From the human T2T-CHM13v2.0 reference genome, Homo sapiens: a stretch of 64,000 nucleotides of DNA. The stretch is from the NCBI RefSeq assembly GCF_009914755.1, contig NC_060932.1; one strand, written 5' to 3'. The position numbers were made by a program, and so were the translations under genes. Position 1 is the first letter of the stretch, and each line of letters starts with the position of its first letter. Shown one piece after another: positions 1 to 14,570 of the stretch. Below the pieces are notes generated by a model. The model did no database searches, had not been told where the DNA came from, and saw nothing but the letters and a program-made list of their open reading frames with translations.

Positions 1-1279
1 TGTTTTTCGCTTGAAAGAAAAGCTATGAATCATCATTAAGAAAGGTGAAATACCTTTTCATCCCACTCGGAGTGGAACTTCCTCCCTGCTCAGAGTTGGC
101 ATGTTTTGACACAGCAGTGTATCTGATGTGCTCCTGACCCTGAATTTTACCTGGCTCAAAGAGAATGGGATGACTTAAACTTTGATGCTTCAACTCTTCA
201 TTTGGGAAGAAGTAAAGATTTCCATCATTCCCTCTAGCCATGCAGAGGATGTACCATGGCTACTTTTAAAAAAATAGCAGTGTGACACATTTTGCAAAAA
301 GGAAGCAAAATAAACAGAAGTAGCGGTAGAACAAAATCTTTAAAGCTAAAGGAATCACAAGGTATCTCTTCATCCTCTTTAAATTCGTTTTATAATTCTG
401 GTTACTATGACAACATGATGCAACTCTGTATTACCATGACAATCTGACACAACTTTCAAAAAACAGTAAGCACTGTTTCATTCTGTTGTTCAATTGCTCC
501 CAAGGAAACATGCTGTTATTTACTTCTGTGCTGAAACCTGTACTATAGTCTGATAGATCTTATGTCAGAAAAGGAGAAGCCAAATTATGGCAGAAAGGAG
601 GAAAAAAATATATATATATATATTTAAATTATATATAAATTTATATCATATATAAATTAGCCACTCACTGCATCAGAATCCTTTTTCCTATTCCTATTCC
701 TAAAGAATTTGACATTGGAATGTTTTCCATTTGAAGACTGAAAACTACTTATTTACACTAGAGGGTGACTGCACATGAAAATAGGATTAGTTTACCTTTC
801 TAGGTACTAAATATCTTTTGCTATCATCTGTTAAAAAAAAAATGAAATCAAAGTCTTTACAAGCCCAGTCTTTTGCAGAACTAAAAGGCCATAGGAAAAC
901 ACATGGAATTAACCAGAGGATCAGGTTACACACAAGTGATAGATTTTAATGAGCTTATCATACTGTTCAAACAAAATTCTACTGTTCAAATGAAATTCTA
1001 CACAATCCAAATTTTTAGTTCAATTGAGCAGGGTGATGCTTGAATTACTAGACATCTTCAAAAAGGGTGTATCTGGAGTCCCTTAGTCTTCTTCCTGGAT
1101 GATCATTTCCAATTGTCACTTTATATTAAAGCGAATGATTTGAGTCCTCGTTCTACCACTAGAACCCCCTCAATTCCCCCTCTGCTTCTCATGGCTCAAA
1201 AAATAAACGTGTAGCTACACTTAGTTGAGCAACTAACTACAACATGTCAAATCCTGTGCTGTTTCTAAAAATCCATTAC

Positions 1280-1450
1280 ATCCAATCCTTAAAATAATTA
1301 TGCAATAATAGGTGTTATTTATCCCAGGTTGAAAACAAAATTATAATTTACAAAGCCTAAGAAACTATCAATAGAACCCGGTACTAATTGGCAGAAACAC
1401 AATTTGAACCCATCTCTTTGGTCTCCAAAGTCTAAGCTCTTTTCAACCAA
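1280..1450 (-). mobile_element. MIR SINE remnant
   Basis: Degenerate reverse-complement MIR (aatcctt...ggtgttatttatccc...ggcagaaacacaatttgaacccatctctttggtctccaaagtc); boundaries approximate. Confidence 0.55.
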
Positions 1451-2283
1451 TGGGTTGTCTTTCAAAATAAAGACCATTGTGTTATGGAAATAAGCAATGT
1501 ACTCTTTAACTGTAACAATCAATTGTTAAATACAGAAAAGAAGAGCCTACATCTGGATAAGGTTTCCTTTGCAAACAGGTAACTGTTTAACTATATCAAT
1601 ATAAAAAGACAGAAAAATAAATCATTCTAGGCAGAAAGAAGGCATATGTGATGAATATCCTATAACGAGTTTGTCTATTTAAAAAAGATGCAAGTACTTT
1701 GTTTTTTCATTCTGAAACATAAAGGCTATCATTTATTATAAAGTGCCAGGGGAGAAAAAAATTAGTAAATTAAACTAATTTACTGGTTATTTCAATTCTT
1801 ATGAAAAATGTAAGGTAGTGTGAATTTCTAAATGTTATGAAGAAAGGATAATGCCAATTTCACAACCACAACAACAAAAAACTCACTGAATTCTGACTTT
1901 TTCAAAATAACTAGTAGTCTATACCGTGAAGTCCTGATTAATATTTATTACAACAGTTAGCAGTTTTCTACATTTGTATCTCCATTTTAGAAAAAGTTTT
2001 AATATACATTTATGTGTATATTTAAAACTATTTTTACTCTTATACACACATCCTACCCCAAGTTTTGCAGCTTAAAGTTATGATGCTAAAAATTACCAAA
2101 TTTAAAACTCAAATGTACCTTTTATTTCAAGTAATGTTTTCATATGTCCAAAGTAAGAGGAAAAACTAATACCAGAAAATGAAGGTTAAAAAATATGGGA
2201 ATCAAATATGTTCACTTTGCTCATGGGACTATTCCTCTGAGTGAACACAGTACCTTTACACAGTTCTCATATGTGCCTTAGGA

Positions 2284-2616
2284 CAGCGGTCCCCACTCTG
2301 TTTGGCACCAGGGACAGGTTTTGTGGAAGACAATTTTTCCACAGATGAGGGGTATGGTTTGGGGATGAAACTGTTCCTCCTCAGATCATCAGGCATTAGT
2401 TAGATTCTAATAAGGAGCGTGCAACCTAGATCCTTTTCATGCGAAGTTCACAATAGGGTTTACTCTCCTATGCGAATCTAAGGCAGTTGCTGATCTGATA
2501 GGAGGCGGAGCTCGGGCCATCATGCTCCCTCAACAGCCTCTCACCTGCTGTGTGGCCCAGTTCCTAACAGGCCACAGACTGGTACGGGTCCATGGCTTGG
2601 GGGTTTGGGACCCCAG
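2284..2616 (+). mobile_element. MER1B hAT-Charlie DNA transposon (MITE), full length
   Basis: Terminal inverted repeats cagcggtcccca...tgggaccccag; body tttggcaccagggacaggttttgtggaagacaatttttccac matches MER1; 333 bp fits MER1B; 8-bp TSD ccttagga/ccttggga. Confidence 0.9.
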
Positions 2617-3238
2617 CCTTGGGAAACATCTATTTCCTCCACTCCCTTATCATATTTGGGGCTTATATCAAGTCCAGAAATGGGCTCCAGGTGCTCAAGT
2701 TCTAATTCTTCTGAAAAACAGGAAATTACACAAAAGAAAAATAGAGACATGATTGAAAGTGGAAAGGGATAATTCTACCAGTTTTGTTTAGGGAACATCC
2801 TTGTGATCTGAGTAGCTTTTCTGATTCATGCTGCTCAGTTTCAAAGGGCAGACCCTCTACTTGCCCAATTTTTGACATTATATATGACACAAAAATAGCA
2901 GAGATTAAAATTATGTTACATCAATAAGCCTTTGTAAAGGGCATTGTTCATATGCCTGGGTTTTGATTGTGGGCATATACCAATCAGGTGCATTCTTGTG
3001 ATATTAAAATTTCTGGTTTTGAAGTCCTCAGCAGATTAGAGGCATCCAAAAAGGAGAGGAGTAGGTAAGGTCATTTAACAACATCAGGAATGGAGAAATA
3101 TTAGTCAAATGACGAGGAAGATTAGAAAACTGTAAGAGGCCAACAAAAGAACTCGAAAAACAATGGACAGGTGTAATATAGGCAGAACAATGGGCACTAC
3201 TGCCTTACCATACCAATAAAGTTACAAAAGAAATTATA

Positions 3239-3512
3239 GGCTGGGTGTGGTGGCTCACGCCTGTCATCCCAGCACTTTGGGAGGCCAAGCTGGTGGATCA
3301 CTTGAGCCCAGGAGTTTGAGACCAGCTGGGCAAACATGACAAAACCCCCATCTCTACAAAAAACACAAAAAATTAGCCGGGCAAAGTGGTGTGCACCTGT
3401 AGTTCCAGCTACTGGGAGGCTGAGGTGGGAGCATCGCCTGAGCCTCTAAAGTCTATGCTGCAGTGAGCTGAGATCATGCCACTGCACTCCAGCCTGGGCA
3501 ACAAAGTGAGAG

Positions 3513-3520
<8 letters not shown>
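3239..3520 (+). mobile_element. AluJ
   Basis: Dimeric Alu with J-type gatcacttgagcccaggagtttgag; a microsatellite occupies the tail position. Confidence 0.92.

Positions 3521-3598
<78 letters not shown>
3517..3598. repeat. Compound microsatellite (TC)22(TA)19
   Basis: Perfect TC run 3517-3560 followed directly by TA run 3561-3598. Confidence 0.97.
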
Positions 3599-3601
<3 letters not shown>

Positions 3602-5061
3602 GATTCAGTGGCTTCAACTATAGGAATATTTCCAACAAAAACACACAAGTTTGTTGTTGTCATTTTCAGTTTTAATCTTGGAGAGTAACTTCAGAATTTG
3701 TAAAATTTACTTATATGGAAACTAATAAGCCAGAAAAACGATGTAATGTAGTAGAAGCCATGCATATATATTTGAATCCTGTAGCTACAAAATTTAATGT
3801 ATTTGAAAGAAAAAGTTAGTGTCACACAAAGTAAAGAAAAACAAACTTTGCCTGAAAACACTAAAGGAACTTCATCCTGCATATTTCTTTGAAGAAATGC
3901 CCTGGTTGATGGAAACATGATGTGTTATAAATACACTTTTGTCATTAAAAGAAAACAAATATAACCCCAGACAGAAGTGAGTTAATCCGGGTTGTTAACT
4001 GAAGTTGTAATAATGTAACCTGTTTCTATCACAGGGCAGCTACCTCCTGGGAGGTATGGTAGACTTCAGAATAGACTTCCTAAAATGGAAAGGTTCATTG
4101 ATCCTTTTAATCTGCTTATTAAATCTTTTGGAAAATGAAGTACTTTTAAATAAAAAAATACAAAATTTCTCAGAAATCAGATACTATTTTTGGCATTTAA
4201 CAATATTTTTATGTCTCAAGCAGAACTTATAACTATTATCTCCATTTTTATTTATTAAAAGAGTATACTAAAGAGCAGATGAAGAGCTACTTTCCAACAA
4301 TGATTATGTAGGTTCAGAGGGCATAGACGTCTTGGTTATTTCCTAAACTGCTTGTTAAAATTATTCTTGTCTGCTTATAAAGTATTTTATGATTCTTGAG
4401 CAAAAATTCCCAGAAAGTGTAATGTGTTACATTAATGATATATGCACATTATGGATGAATCAAAATATTGTGCTTCTTTAGAAAATAAAACAATTTTTCG
4501 TTGTTTTCATAATGCTACATAAAAATAATACTGCCAGTGGCCAATATCCTTCTTGTGTGTCTTTACTGGGCTCCTCTTTCCTTCCTTTCTCTTTCTCATG
4601 AACATCCTACCATCGAGAGGGCCCTTGCTGTAGCTGGTGAAGACAAAATCTTCTTTTTAAAAAGCTAATAAAGATTTTCAAATTGGGATCTTTTACAGAT
4701 CAGATTTTACCTCTAAACAACAAGAAAAACAGTTTAAATCAACAAGAACATTAGAGCCCTAATCAGAACCACAAGCTAGGGATTGACTCCTGAAACTCGC
4801 AGATGTCTCTAGTAATGGAATTGGTCTGTCTAATGTGTTTCCATTCTATTTCCTTGGTGCAGAAGAAATGCTGCTTTAGTGTTCTTGTAGGTTTAAAAAA
4901 TTAATAAACAGAGATTAAGAGGAATTACTGGATTTGTTTGCTGTGTCTAAGCAATATATCTAATTAGACAGTACAACTAAAGGAATATGGGGAGCTAGGA
5001 TACAATGTGAATTGATTTGTAGTACTAGGTTAAGGCATGATGACATCTGGAAAAGTGCTAA

Positions 5062-5064
5062 ATT

Positions 5065-5104
<40 letters not shown>

Positions 5105-5133
5105 TTCTTTTCTTTTCTTTTCTTTTCTTTTCT
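5062..5133. repeat. (CTTT)n/(CTTTT)n microsatellite
   Basis: Directly visible pyrimidine tandem repeat. Confidence 0.95.
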
Positions 5134-5163
5134 AGTATTATTTCTGAAGAGTGGTCAGCTAAC

Positions 5164-5466
5164 TTTTCTTTTCTTTCCTTTTTTCCAAGACGCGATCTCG
5201 CTCTATCACCTAGGCTGTTGTGCAGTGGCATGATCTCAACTCACTGGAACCTTTGCCTCCCAGGTTTAAGCAATCCTCCTGCCTCAGCCTCCCAAGTAGC
5301 TGGGATTATAGGCACGCAGCACCACGCCCGGCCAATTTTTGTAATTTTAGTAGAGATGGGGTTTCACCACGTTGGCCAGGCTGGTCTCGAACTCCTGACC
5401 TTGTGATCTACCCGCCTTGGCCTCCCAAAGTGCTGGGATTACAGGTGTGAGGCACCGTGCCCGGCC
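5164..5466 (-). mobile_element. AluS (Sg-like)
   Basis: Reverse-complement Alu ending ccggcc; actcctgaccttgtgatc left-arm variant; degenerate T-rich tail. Confidence 0.92.
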
Positions 5467-5723
5467 TATTTCTTAAGTTACTTAAAAAGTTCAGGGTCAT
5501 TCGTATGTCGTTACAAAACAGTCAGTGTAAGATTTTGTCTAGATTTGTCTCAGCTGTCCACCTCTATTATTACAAAAGCAACCAAATGTTCAGCATATTA
5601 TAATCCATCCTTACTGAATTCTGTAAAAATCTTCACCCTGAACAACTGTACCTTCAGAAAATTTCTAAAGACATAGAAACAATATTTTTAAACATTGTTG
5701 CCAGTTTATCACTTGATGTGTGA

Positions 5724-6011
<288 letters not shown>

Positions 6012-6364
6012 TGAACTTGGTTTTAATGACAATATAGTCCAGCGATGGCATCTATTCTTGACAATGATAAGGAATCTCAAATTTCATCCTAAATGAACCA
6101 GACATTCTTCCCATGTGTATGTAGATCTTTCTATAGGGTAATTTATTTCATCTTGGGTTTCGGGGGAGGGAGCTAAATGAACTGAGCAGTAACTCCTGAT
6201 TCTGCGACTCTATCCTCCCTTGGTTTCAGTGGTCCCCACTACTCTTTTCTGGTTCTCATCAAAGTTGTCTGACCACTCTTCAGAAATAATACTAGAATCT
6301 CAAATCATATTTTCCCCAGGATTTCTTCCTTCTCATTCTACATTCTTGTTTGGTTTACTACGTA

Positions 6365-6540
6365 TTCACTTATTTATTCATTCACTAAACACCTAGCTGA
6401 GCAGGCCCAGTGAACATGTTCCAGCTACTATGTTAGGTGGTAGAGAACCTGAAAAAAAGGTAGACAATTCTGTCCTCAAGGTGTATACCTGCTAGTAGGG
6501 AGATAAGCATGCAAGTAAAAATGATGGTATAGTATAATGG
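6365..6540 (-). mobile_element. L2 3' end remnant
   Basis: tatttattcattcactaaacacctagctgagc...tgtcctcaagg...ctagtagggagataagc resembles the reverse-complement L2 3' end. Confidence 0.6.
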
Positions 6541-6799
6541 CAACAATCTAGTTATCTACAAACGAGTGTTAACTTTAAAACCTAAGGAATTTCAAGTATG
6601 TCCACTTTTCAACTAATATTTAAAAACTCTCAATTTCCAAATTTTTATGTTCATACAAAAATATCTTCTACACCCATATTTTCACCAGCTGACAGTATTA
6701 AAGCCTGGATCCCAAATATGTGAAGTTCAAAGTGCTCACGAAAAATAAAATCATTATCACTATACAGAGTCCTCTAACCAAAACCAAACAAAAAACCCA

Positions 6800-7175
6800 G
6801 TTACTTCTTATTTCTCTATCTTTGTAAATAGTACAGCTTTTCATACTGTCAGCCAGAGCCAAAATAGAAAATCATTTTTGTTTGTCACATCTGGTATCTT
6901 ATCTTCACCAACTCTGGGTAACTTGACCTCCTAAATTTCTATGAAACCCACCCCTATCCTACTTCTCTAAATCCAGTCTATTGCTTTTATTAAGGTCTTC
7001 AATTGATTTATAACTGATCTCCTCATATCTGGACACTGGTTGCTGCCCATTCCAGTCCATCTTCATTGCCAGCAGGATACAACTCCTAAAATGCACATCT
7101 GACCTTGCCCTCCTGCTTGACATTTTCCATGATTCACCATCAACAAAGTTTATCAAGTCTACCTTTTTAGCATTA
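6800..7175 (+). mobile_element. L2 remnant
   Basis: ccattccagtccatcttcattgccagcagg...ctcctaaaatgcacatctgacc...ctcctgcttgacattttccatg resembles the L2 3' region. Confidence 0.6.
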
Positions 7176-8123
7176 TACAGTCAACACATACTTAAATATG
7201 TGGGAAACACATCATCCTATATGGTTTAAAAGTGAGCTAAAAATGAATCATCAGGAAGATTACAGGCACAACCTTGATATGCTGCAGATTTGAATCGCCT
7301 TTTTTTCTTAACAGAACAAAATACAGTCACAAGATCAGGGCAAGATCAATTAAGTCATGACACTCTTCTCTGAGTTACAGTTTTGGTTTTCTTAAGTACA
7401 GGCATCAAAGATAGAGAAGGCCAACAAATAATAGAATCCAATTGCTTAAAACAGATGAGAAAACCTTGAATACTTGAGCCCTAATAAGCCTTAACTTCAA
7501 ACACTAGAATACTGAAAGGCTTATTACCTCCAATTATCAATTCCCTCCCCTTATTTCTTTGATGCAGGATCCAGGCAAACATAGGGTTATGAAAAGAGAA
7601 GCTACCAGTACAGAAATGTGGACATTTGTAAGACTGTAGGTTTCAAAACACCTAAAGGCTATCGGCTATGACAGCTTACAAAGTATCCATGCAAACACCA
7701 AAATCCAAAGCTGAAATAAGATTATCTAGAAATGATACACGGTATTTGGCCCACAGTAGGTACTTAACAAGCAGTATGTGAATTGTGTGAGTGCCAAAGA
7801 GCCAGCTAGGGACAATCAGGAAGTGGTGGCGGTGAAACTGTTAAAAATAGCCAGCCAATTCATCATGCTTAGACTATTTATACACATACACACATACATG
7901 CATACACATTATTTTGAAATGGCATCTCATGTATTTAATATTTAATAAAGGGAATATTCATTACCAGGCACAGTGGGAATTTTTTGACAAATTATTTTTA
8001 TAATAAATTTTCAATACAAAGACCCAGAAAGAGTCAAACTTTCTTGGTACACAACCTACTGATAAGCCCTACTTGATGGTGTTTCTCTCTCTGTAGGTAA
8101 AATACTTTTAAGAATCACACTTA

Positions 8124-8457
<334 letters not shown>

Positions 8458-11400
8458 TTACCATAAAATTGAACCACTGTCCAGGGCTAGCTGTCAAAAA
8501 ATAAAAACAAAAACACTTTTTACCAATAGTAAAAAGAAAAAGTTTAAGACTAGGCATAAATTGGGTAAGGCTATCTTGATTTGTTTTCTACATTTTAAGA
8601 AAAATACCAGAATTATTAAAAATACAGGAACAAAAATTACAATGAAAGAAATTTAAATATCCTGAAACAGAGCCAAATATAGGGTAGGTTAGAGCCTAAT
8701 CTCCAAATTGAATATACAATAAAATTCTGTTTTATCTAAAAAATTAGAAGGCTAGGCCAGATTTCATGAAGTTCCCTTGACTTTGGAAAAATTATAATGA
8801 ATGTTTACAAAACTAAGAGTTTAAAAATAACTTTGAAAGACAGCAACATGTATTCATGTATTAACAAAGATGCAAACCAGTATGCAATACACATTTTGTC
8901 ATCATCTTGATTGATCCTGGAGTTATTTATGAGCTGATAGAAAAGAATGAACAGTCCTTTCTTAATATGGTAATGGTATAATTCAAACCATCAAATTGTT
9001 ACTTCATTGAAAACCATGTTATCCCCTTATTTGGTATCATTGTGACTGTGAACGAAAATTATGCACTCTTATTATTATAGACAATAACTTACATATTTTT
9101 CCAAGGGCACACGTGAAATCCCCAAATGTGTGTTTCATTAGATTGCTCAACTGAATTCTACATACTTCCCATACAACTTGCTTACAGTCTTGGGAAGGCA
9201 GGTTAACTTCCTTGTATTCTTGTTTTATTCCCTAAACCTTCTCATTTCCTACTGGCATCCAATTGGTTACCAAGTGCTTTGGCTTCAATTCCACTACAAC
9301 ACTCCAACTTCAGAAATGTATTACATCTTACTTAGACTATTTAAAAATATATTTAGTGTGTTTTTAGCCTGTCTTGTAGATGTCCAAGGCCAAGGGGAAT
9401 GAGAACTAGGCACAATGAGTCCAGAAACTCTAGAGTGTTTGGGGGACTACTATAAAAACAACCATTGTCCACAAATGGTTGCAAATTCTATATTTGCAAA
9501 TCAATTATAGAATGATACATGGGTGGAACAAAGACCAGGAGCTGTGATTCTTACTCCCTACAAAATAAAGTTCAGATTATTTCAGAGTATTCACAACTCC
9601 TCTGCAATTAAAACTTGAACTATTTTTTAAATTAATATAATTCAGTGCCCTCATGCACACAACCTAATGCACCCAACTGAGAATTGGCCCTTGCCCTACC
9701 TTTAAACACAGTTGTGTATGTGTGTTTGGTTGGTTGTTTTTTTGTAAGTGGTAGAATAGGCAGGTTCAATAGTCTTGTTAAGGGAAATAGTTTTCCTAGC
9801 ATAAGTCAGGCCATATGATTATGAGTTATACTGATAGCACTGAGTCACTTTCCATGAAATTATAATGTTAGGCATATTTATTCTGAAATCCACAAAAGAT
9901 TGTTGCTTTTGAAAATATATGACCTTTTACAACAACGATTCATTCTGTAACTAGCTAGTTAAAATATATTAAGATTATGTCATAAAGAAAACAAAATGAA
10001 AACTCTTGTTTAGGTGTAAGAAAATATCTGACTGTAACACCATCACAGGATAACATTTTATTTTAATGCACAGCAGCTGTGGAAAGGGCTTTGGCTGGCA
10101 TTTTTATAAGGCACAGCATATATATCTTCATATTCATATAGAGAACCACATCATCTGTCATCCTGGTAAAAATATATCACATCAAACAAACACTCATATA
10201 AATAAGAGTGAAATAAATAAAAGACAGCCCTTTCCAAGACATCTGTAGAATTCTGTAGAATTCTCTGAATGTTGTCATTATCAATTAGGATTTATTATTT
10301 CAATGAAAGAATTATACCAAATAAACAAATGTACAGAAAAGACAAAGAAGTAGCTTGTGAAATATAAAGCTGTCTACACCATGTTTGAAATATAACAAAA
10401 TCCATGGTTAAGTATTGTCTCTGTTAACACAGTTTACCTACAGTGCAGACAAGACAGTAAATTGTCACACATTCCAATAAGAGTACTTGGCCTCACTTTT
10501 GAAATCACAGTGGTAATATTTTTAATATACAAGAATTCTTACCTGTGGCTAGTAATGACATGGGAAAACCTATGCGCTAAAATTTTTTCATGTTTGAGAC
10601 AACCACACACTTCACCAGTTTTTTAAGATGTCACATGACACCTTGATAGTGTATCTTCTGTAACAGGTGTTACGTGTGACTTTGTCATTGAATGATCTGA
10701 AATTATAAAGCCTTCTGGTTTACCAATTTCTACTTATATATAGCATTCTTTATCTGAAATTTTCTTCTAACCCTTTTAATTTTTACAAATAACAAATAAC
10801 CTATCTACCCACTAGAAGAATGCATTTGGTTCCAATGACTCTACTCACAATTTTTGCAAAATGATCGTGTAAAGCATTTGGCACAAACTCATGAGCTTTT
10901 TGTTTACCAAGTCAGGTCTTAAGACTTCTGGAGGCAATTTGAAAGACTGTGAAAACGTAGGACATATAGATTGAATGCATGTTTACACTGAAAAGCTTAC
11001 AAATTTTTTTAAATGTGTATGTTTAAGTGTTTGAAATGCTTTCCTCTAAAAGTTGTATCTCCTAATTTGGAAAGTTGTATATGGGTAGAAGGGGAAAAAC
11101 TTCAAAACTATAATGGCTTTGAAAATCTGTCAATATTAATCTATGACTTAAAAATGTATATTAGAAAATAAAACATTTAATTACCATTATTTCTTTTGGA
11201 GTCAAAATATATTTATTTGCAGTGAAAGTTATTTATCTTGTTAATGAACTACAAAGATTTATATGACGCTACTCACAGGTTTCTAAAAGTTATTGGTAAA
11301 ATTAAGTTAAAAGAAATATAAAGGAAATAATTTCATGAATAATGTTAATGACCTACAAATTTGTAGGGGAAAAAATGGGGTAAAAAAACATGCAGGAAAA

Positions 11401-14400
11401 AAAAACATGGGGGTGACTTTTCATATACTGGTTATCAAGAGGCTCAGCAAATTAAGCTCTGAGATGACTACGGTTGAGTAATTTATTGTCAAATATAATT
11501 GAGAATTGAAATTCACTTCTAGAACTGATTTTGTTAATCAAACTCATCATTTTTTTTTCTCTTCTGTGTCAAGTAGAAATCAAACAGTCCTAATGGAGTT
11601 CATATCTTATGGCATTATAGAAAGGCTTAGTTATGAAACTATCTTGTTATTGTTACTATTACATTGCCTGGCTCATATATATAAAGCATTTAGAGAGACT
11701 GTTCCAATAACTCTCATTTAATTGGTGAAAAAATTAAATATTGGTTTAGATACTTACCTAAATATTACTAGTTAAATTCAAAGTAAATGAGTCTGTATCT
11801 TTAAAACTACTTGGCAGTAATAATTTTTAAAAGTAGATTTTTATTGCTTTTCTTGAACTAACTAGTGTTCATACAACACAGGTAGTTTTATTTGTGCCTG
11901 GAATTAAGGAGTGAGACACATTTGTAAAATGTTCACAATCAACGCCTGTCCCATTTTAAAATCTCACAAGTTTTTCTTCATGATTAACACAATTCACAAA
12001 ATAAGAAATGGTATTTGGTCATTCTCTGAGTTCAATCTGTGCTCTAGTAAATATAACTTGTGAGGAAAAAGTAAAAAGGTCAAGAGTCTAATTCATTTTC
12101 AGTTTTTAAAACTATATTTTAAAAAAGAATGATTTGGGTTAAAAATAAAGATGGCTTAGTTTTATCTCCCTTACAGTAAGTAGCAGAAACTTGAGCTGAA
12201 AACACATAGAAGCTGTACTCATTTCTATTCACAAAGAACTGTTCTACTGTCTGTCTGCAAATAAATCTCCTCAGTAAATAGCTCCAAGGTTGAGCTAAAG
12301 AATACTGTATGGATCAAAGAATTCATGTCTTCCTGTGTAAAGTGAACAGGCTGCAAGCTCGTTCGTTTGTCTAAAACAATTAGGGCTCGTACGAGAAGAA
12401 GGGGGCTGGAACAAATAAGTTACAGCTGATTTTACTCTGCAAAATATATAAGGGGTTTTCAAATTAATAACCATTCAGGGTCCCCAAACAGCCTAATCTT
12501 TGTCAATTGGTGCCAAATTATGCAAGGTGCTGCCAATTCTGGTTGTCTAACAAATCAAGACCAGTGTATGTTACTCCTCGGCTGAAGCCTGATTGATTCT
12601 GGTCATTATATGGGCTGATCTCATTTTCACACATGGAATCAATATGTGAGCCAGATGTTCATTTACAGAGAAGCACAGAAACGACTCATCTACACGCAAC
12701 TTTATCCCGGACCACAGAGCACCACAGACCCAAAGTCTCTCGTCACCCATACAAAGCTTCACACAGTACAAAAATCTATAAAACATTCCGCTAATATTAC
12801 TGTCAGCTGAATGACTTTTACAGTACTATATAAAGTTGACAGATAATACATGCCAGTCCTAATTTGAGATAGACCTTTTCTTTTGGGACCTCAACCATTG
12901 AACAAGCAAACAGATTGAGAAGTAACATTTATTACAACACATAAATCATTTTCTTACAACTATTATATAGGTCTGGCCCGAGGGTGAAGCTTCTGCCTAG
13001 GCTGAGAATCCTAATGTACTGCTTAAGTCACTAAATTGTACTGTCATTGCATGATTGGTGTGCAGAGAAGAGCTAATCTAGCTTTTCAGAAACAAGTTCT
13101 TATCAAGATAATTTTTGTTCTTTGTTCCTTGAAAAAAATGCTAACAACTTGCCTGTCTAAAATAAAAAAGCAGAACATAAAATAAAAAATCAGAACATTG
13201 GTGACTCTTGAATAGTAATGACCACCTTAACATGTTTATTTAAATTAAGCCAATGTGCCCAGTTCATGTAGAAATTTAGTTCATGTAGAAATTAGTGCAT
13301 GTTCAAAATGAGAACAAAATCTGTGTTTACTACAAAGATATACAAAGAACTTTTCACTCTGAAGATAAAACTTGATGTATATCACAAATATAATGGAATC
13401 AATATTGATGGCACGAACTTTCCTTTGAGAAATAAACGCCATTTTAAAGATTGAACAAAGAATATTAATAGAGAATCATCATACACAGCTTCAAGAATTT
13501 CGCCATTCTTTTTAGAGTTGACTGAAATAAAAATTCTCTACATTTCCTGTCAAATATTGTCGTAGTACTGTCCTCAGCCGAGGAAACGAATGTGCACTTC
13601 ATGATACAGTAAATTTCTCTAATGCTCCTCTAATAGCACCATGTTGGAAACACATGAGTTACCTAACATGGTGAGCTTATATTTTATATCAGTTTGCTTT
13701 CCTCGATCATCTGATCATCTTGGCCTCCGTGGAGTCTTCTAATTGCATTTAGTTCTGTTCAGTTCTGCTTGAGGATAATCCAAAGGATGTCTGTTTTTCA
13801 TCAGGTAACGACCATTAAATTTGGCTGCATTTCCTTCTAAATCTTGTTGAATGGCATAAGAAACAGAAGCTAGAAAACCTTTCTCTTGTAACTTTGCTAT
13901 GGTTTCTGAACCTAGACCTTTCTAGAATTTTTGCTCACTACTGCAAAACTCTGAGGCCAGATCCTTTTGGAAGTGAGTCTAAATGGTCTCTAAACTTTGA
14001 TCTACTTTCCCTGGGGGTACTTAAGACTTTGGGGCATCTTTCTGCATACCCTGGAAACATTTGGACTCTATGTAAAGTTGCCAGATAATTTCTAAAATGT
14101 TTTGAATTGTGAGTTTATGTTTAGGCAGCATTTGGGGCTTTCCTTCTCTTGAATTAAACAAACATCTTGGCCAATCAAATACTCTCCCTTAAAAAAAATC
14201 TTAAAATTCCTCTCTGTGGCTCCTTATACTGTATTAGTGTGTAAGGCTGGAAAGAAATGTGTCAGATCATTTCTTTTTTCCTGTATGACAACAACCTAGA
14301 AAAGTAATGATAAATGGAGTCTACAAGGTGTTTTCCCTGAAGCCGAACTCCTTATCTCTTTAAAGAGGTATAAGAGTTCCTATTGGAGCAGGACCTATTC

Positions 14401-14431
14401 CAGGCAAAGCTGGGAATCACACTAGGCTTCT

Positions 14432-14570
14432 ATTTATTCATTTAATCATCATTTATGGAACATCTGTTAAGTGCTAGGAATGTTATTAAGTGTTGAGGCT
14501 ATGGAGACAGATAAAAAATAAATACCTGTCATTAATGAACTCACTGCCAAGTGTGGGGAAGGGTTTGGTG
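14432..14570 (-). mobile_element. L2 3' end remnant
   Basis: tttattcatttaatcatcatttatggaacatctgttaagtgctagg...cctgtcattaatgaactcac resembles reverse-complement L2. Confidence 0.6.

Noticed and set aside
961-998. Short tandem duplications (also 13261-13294, near 37806-37839, 54901-54920 and 60415-60452)
   Set aside because: Ordinary slippage duplications with unrelated sequences; no common system.
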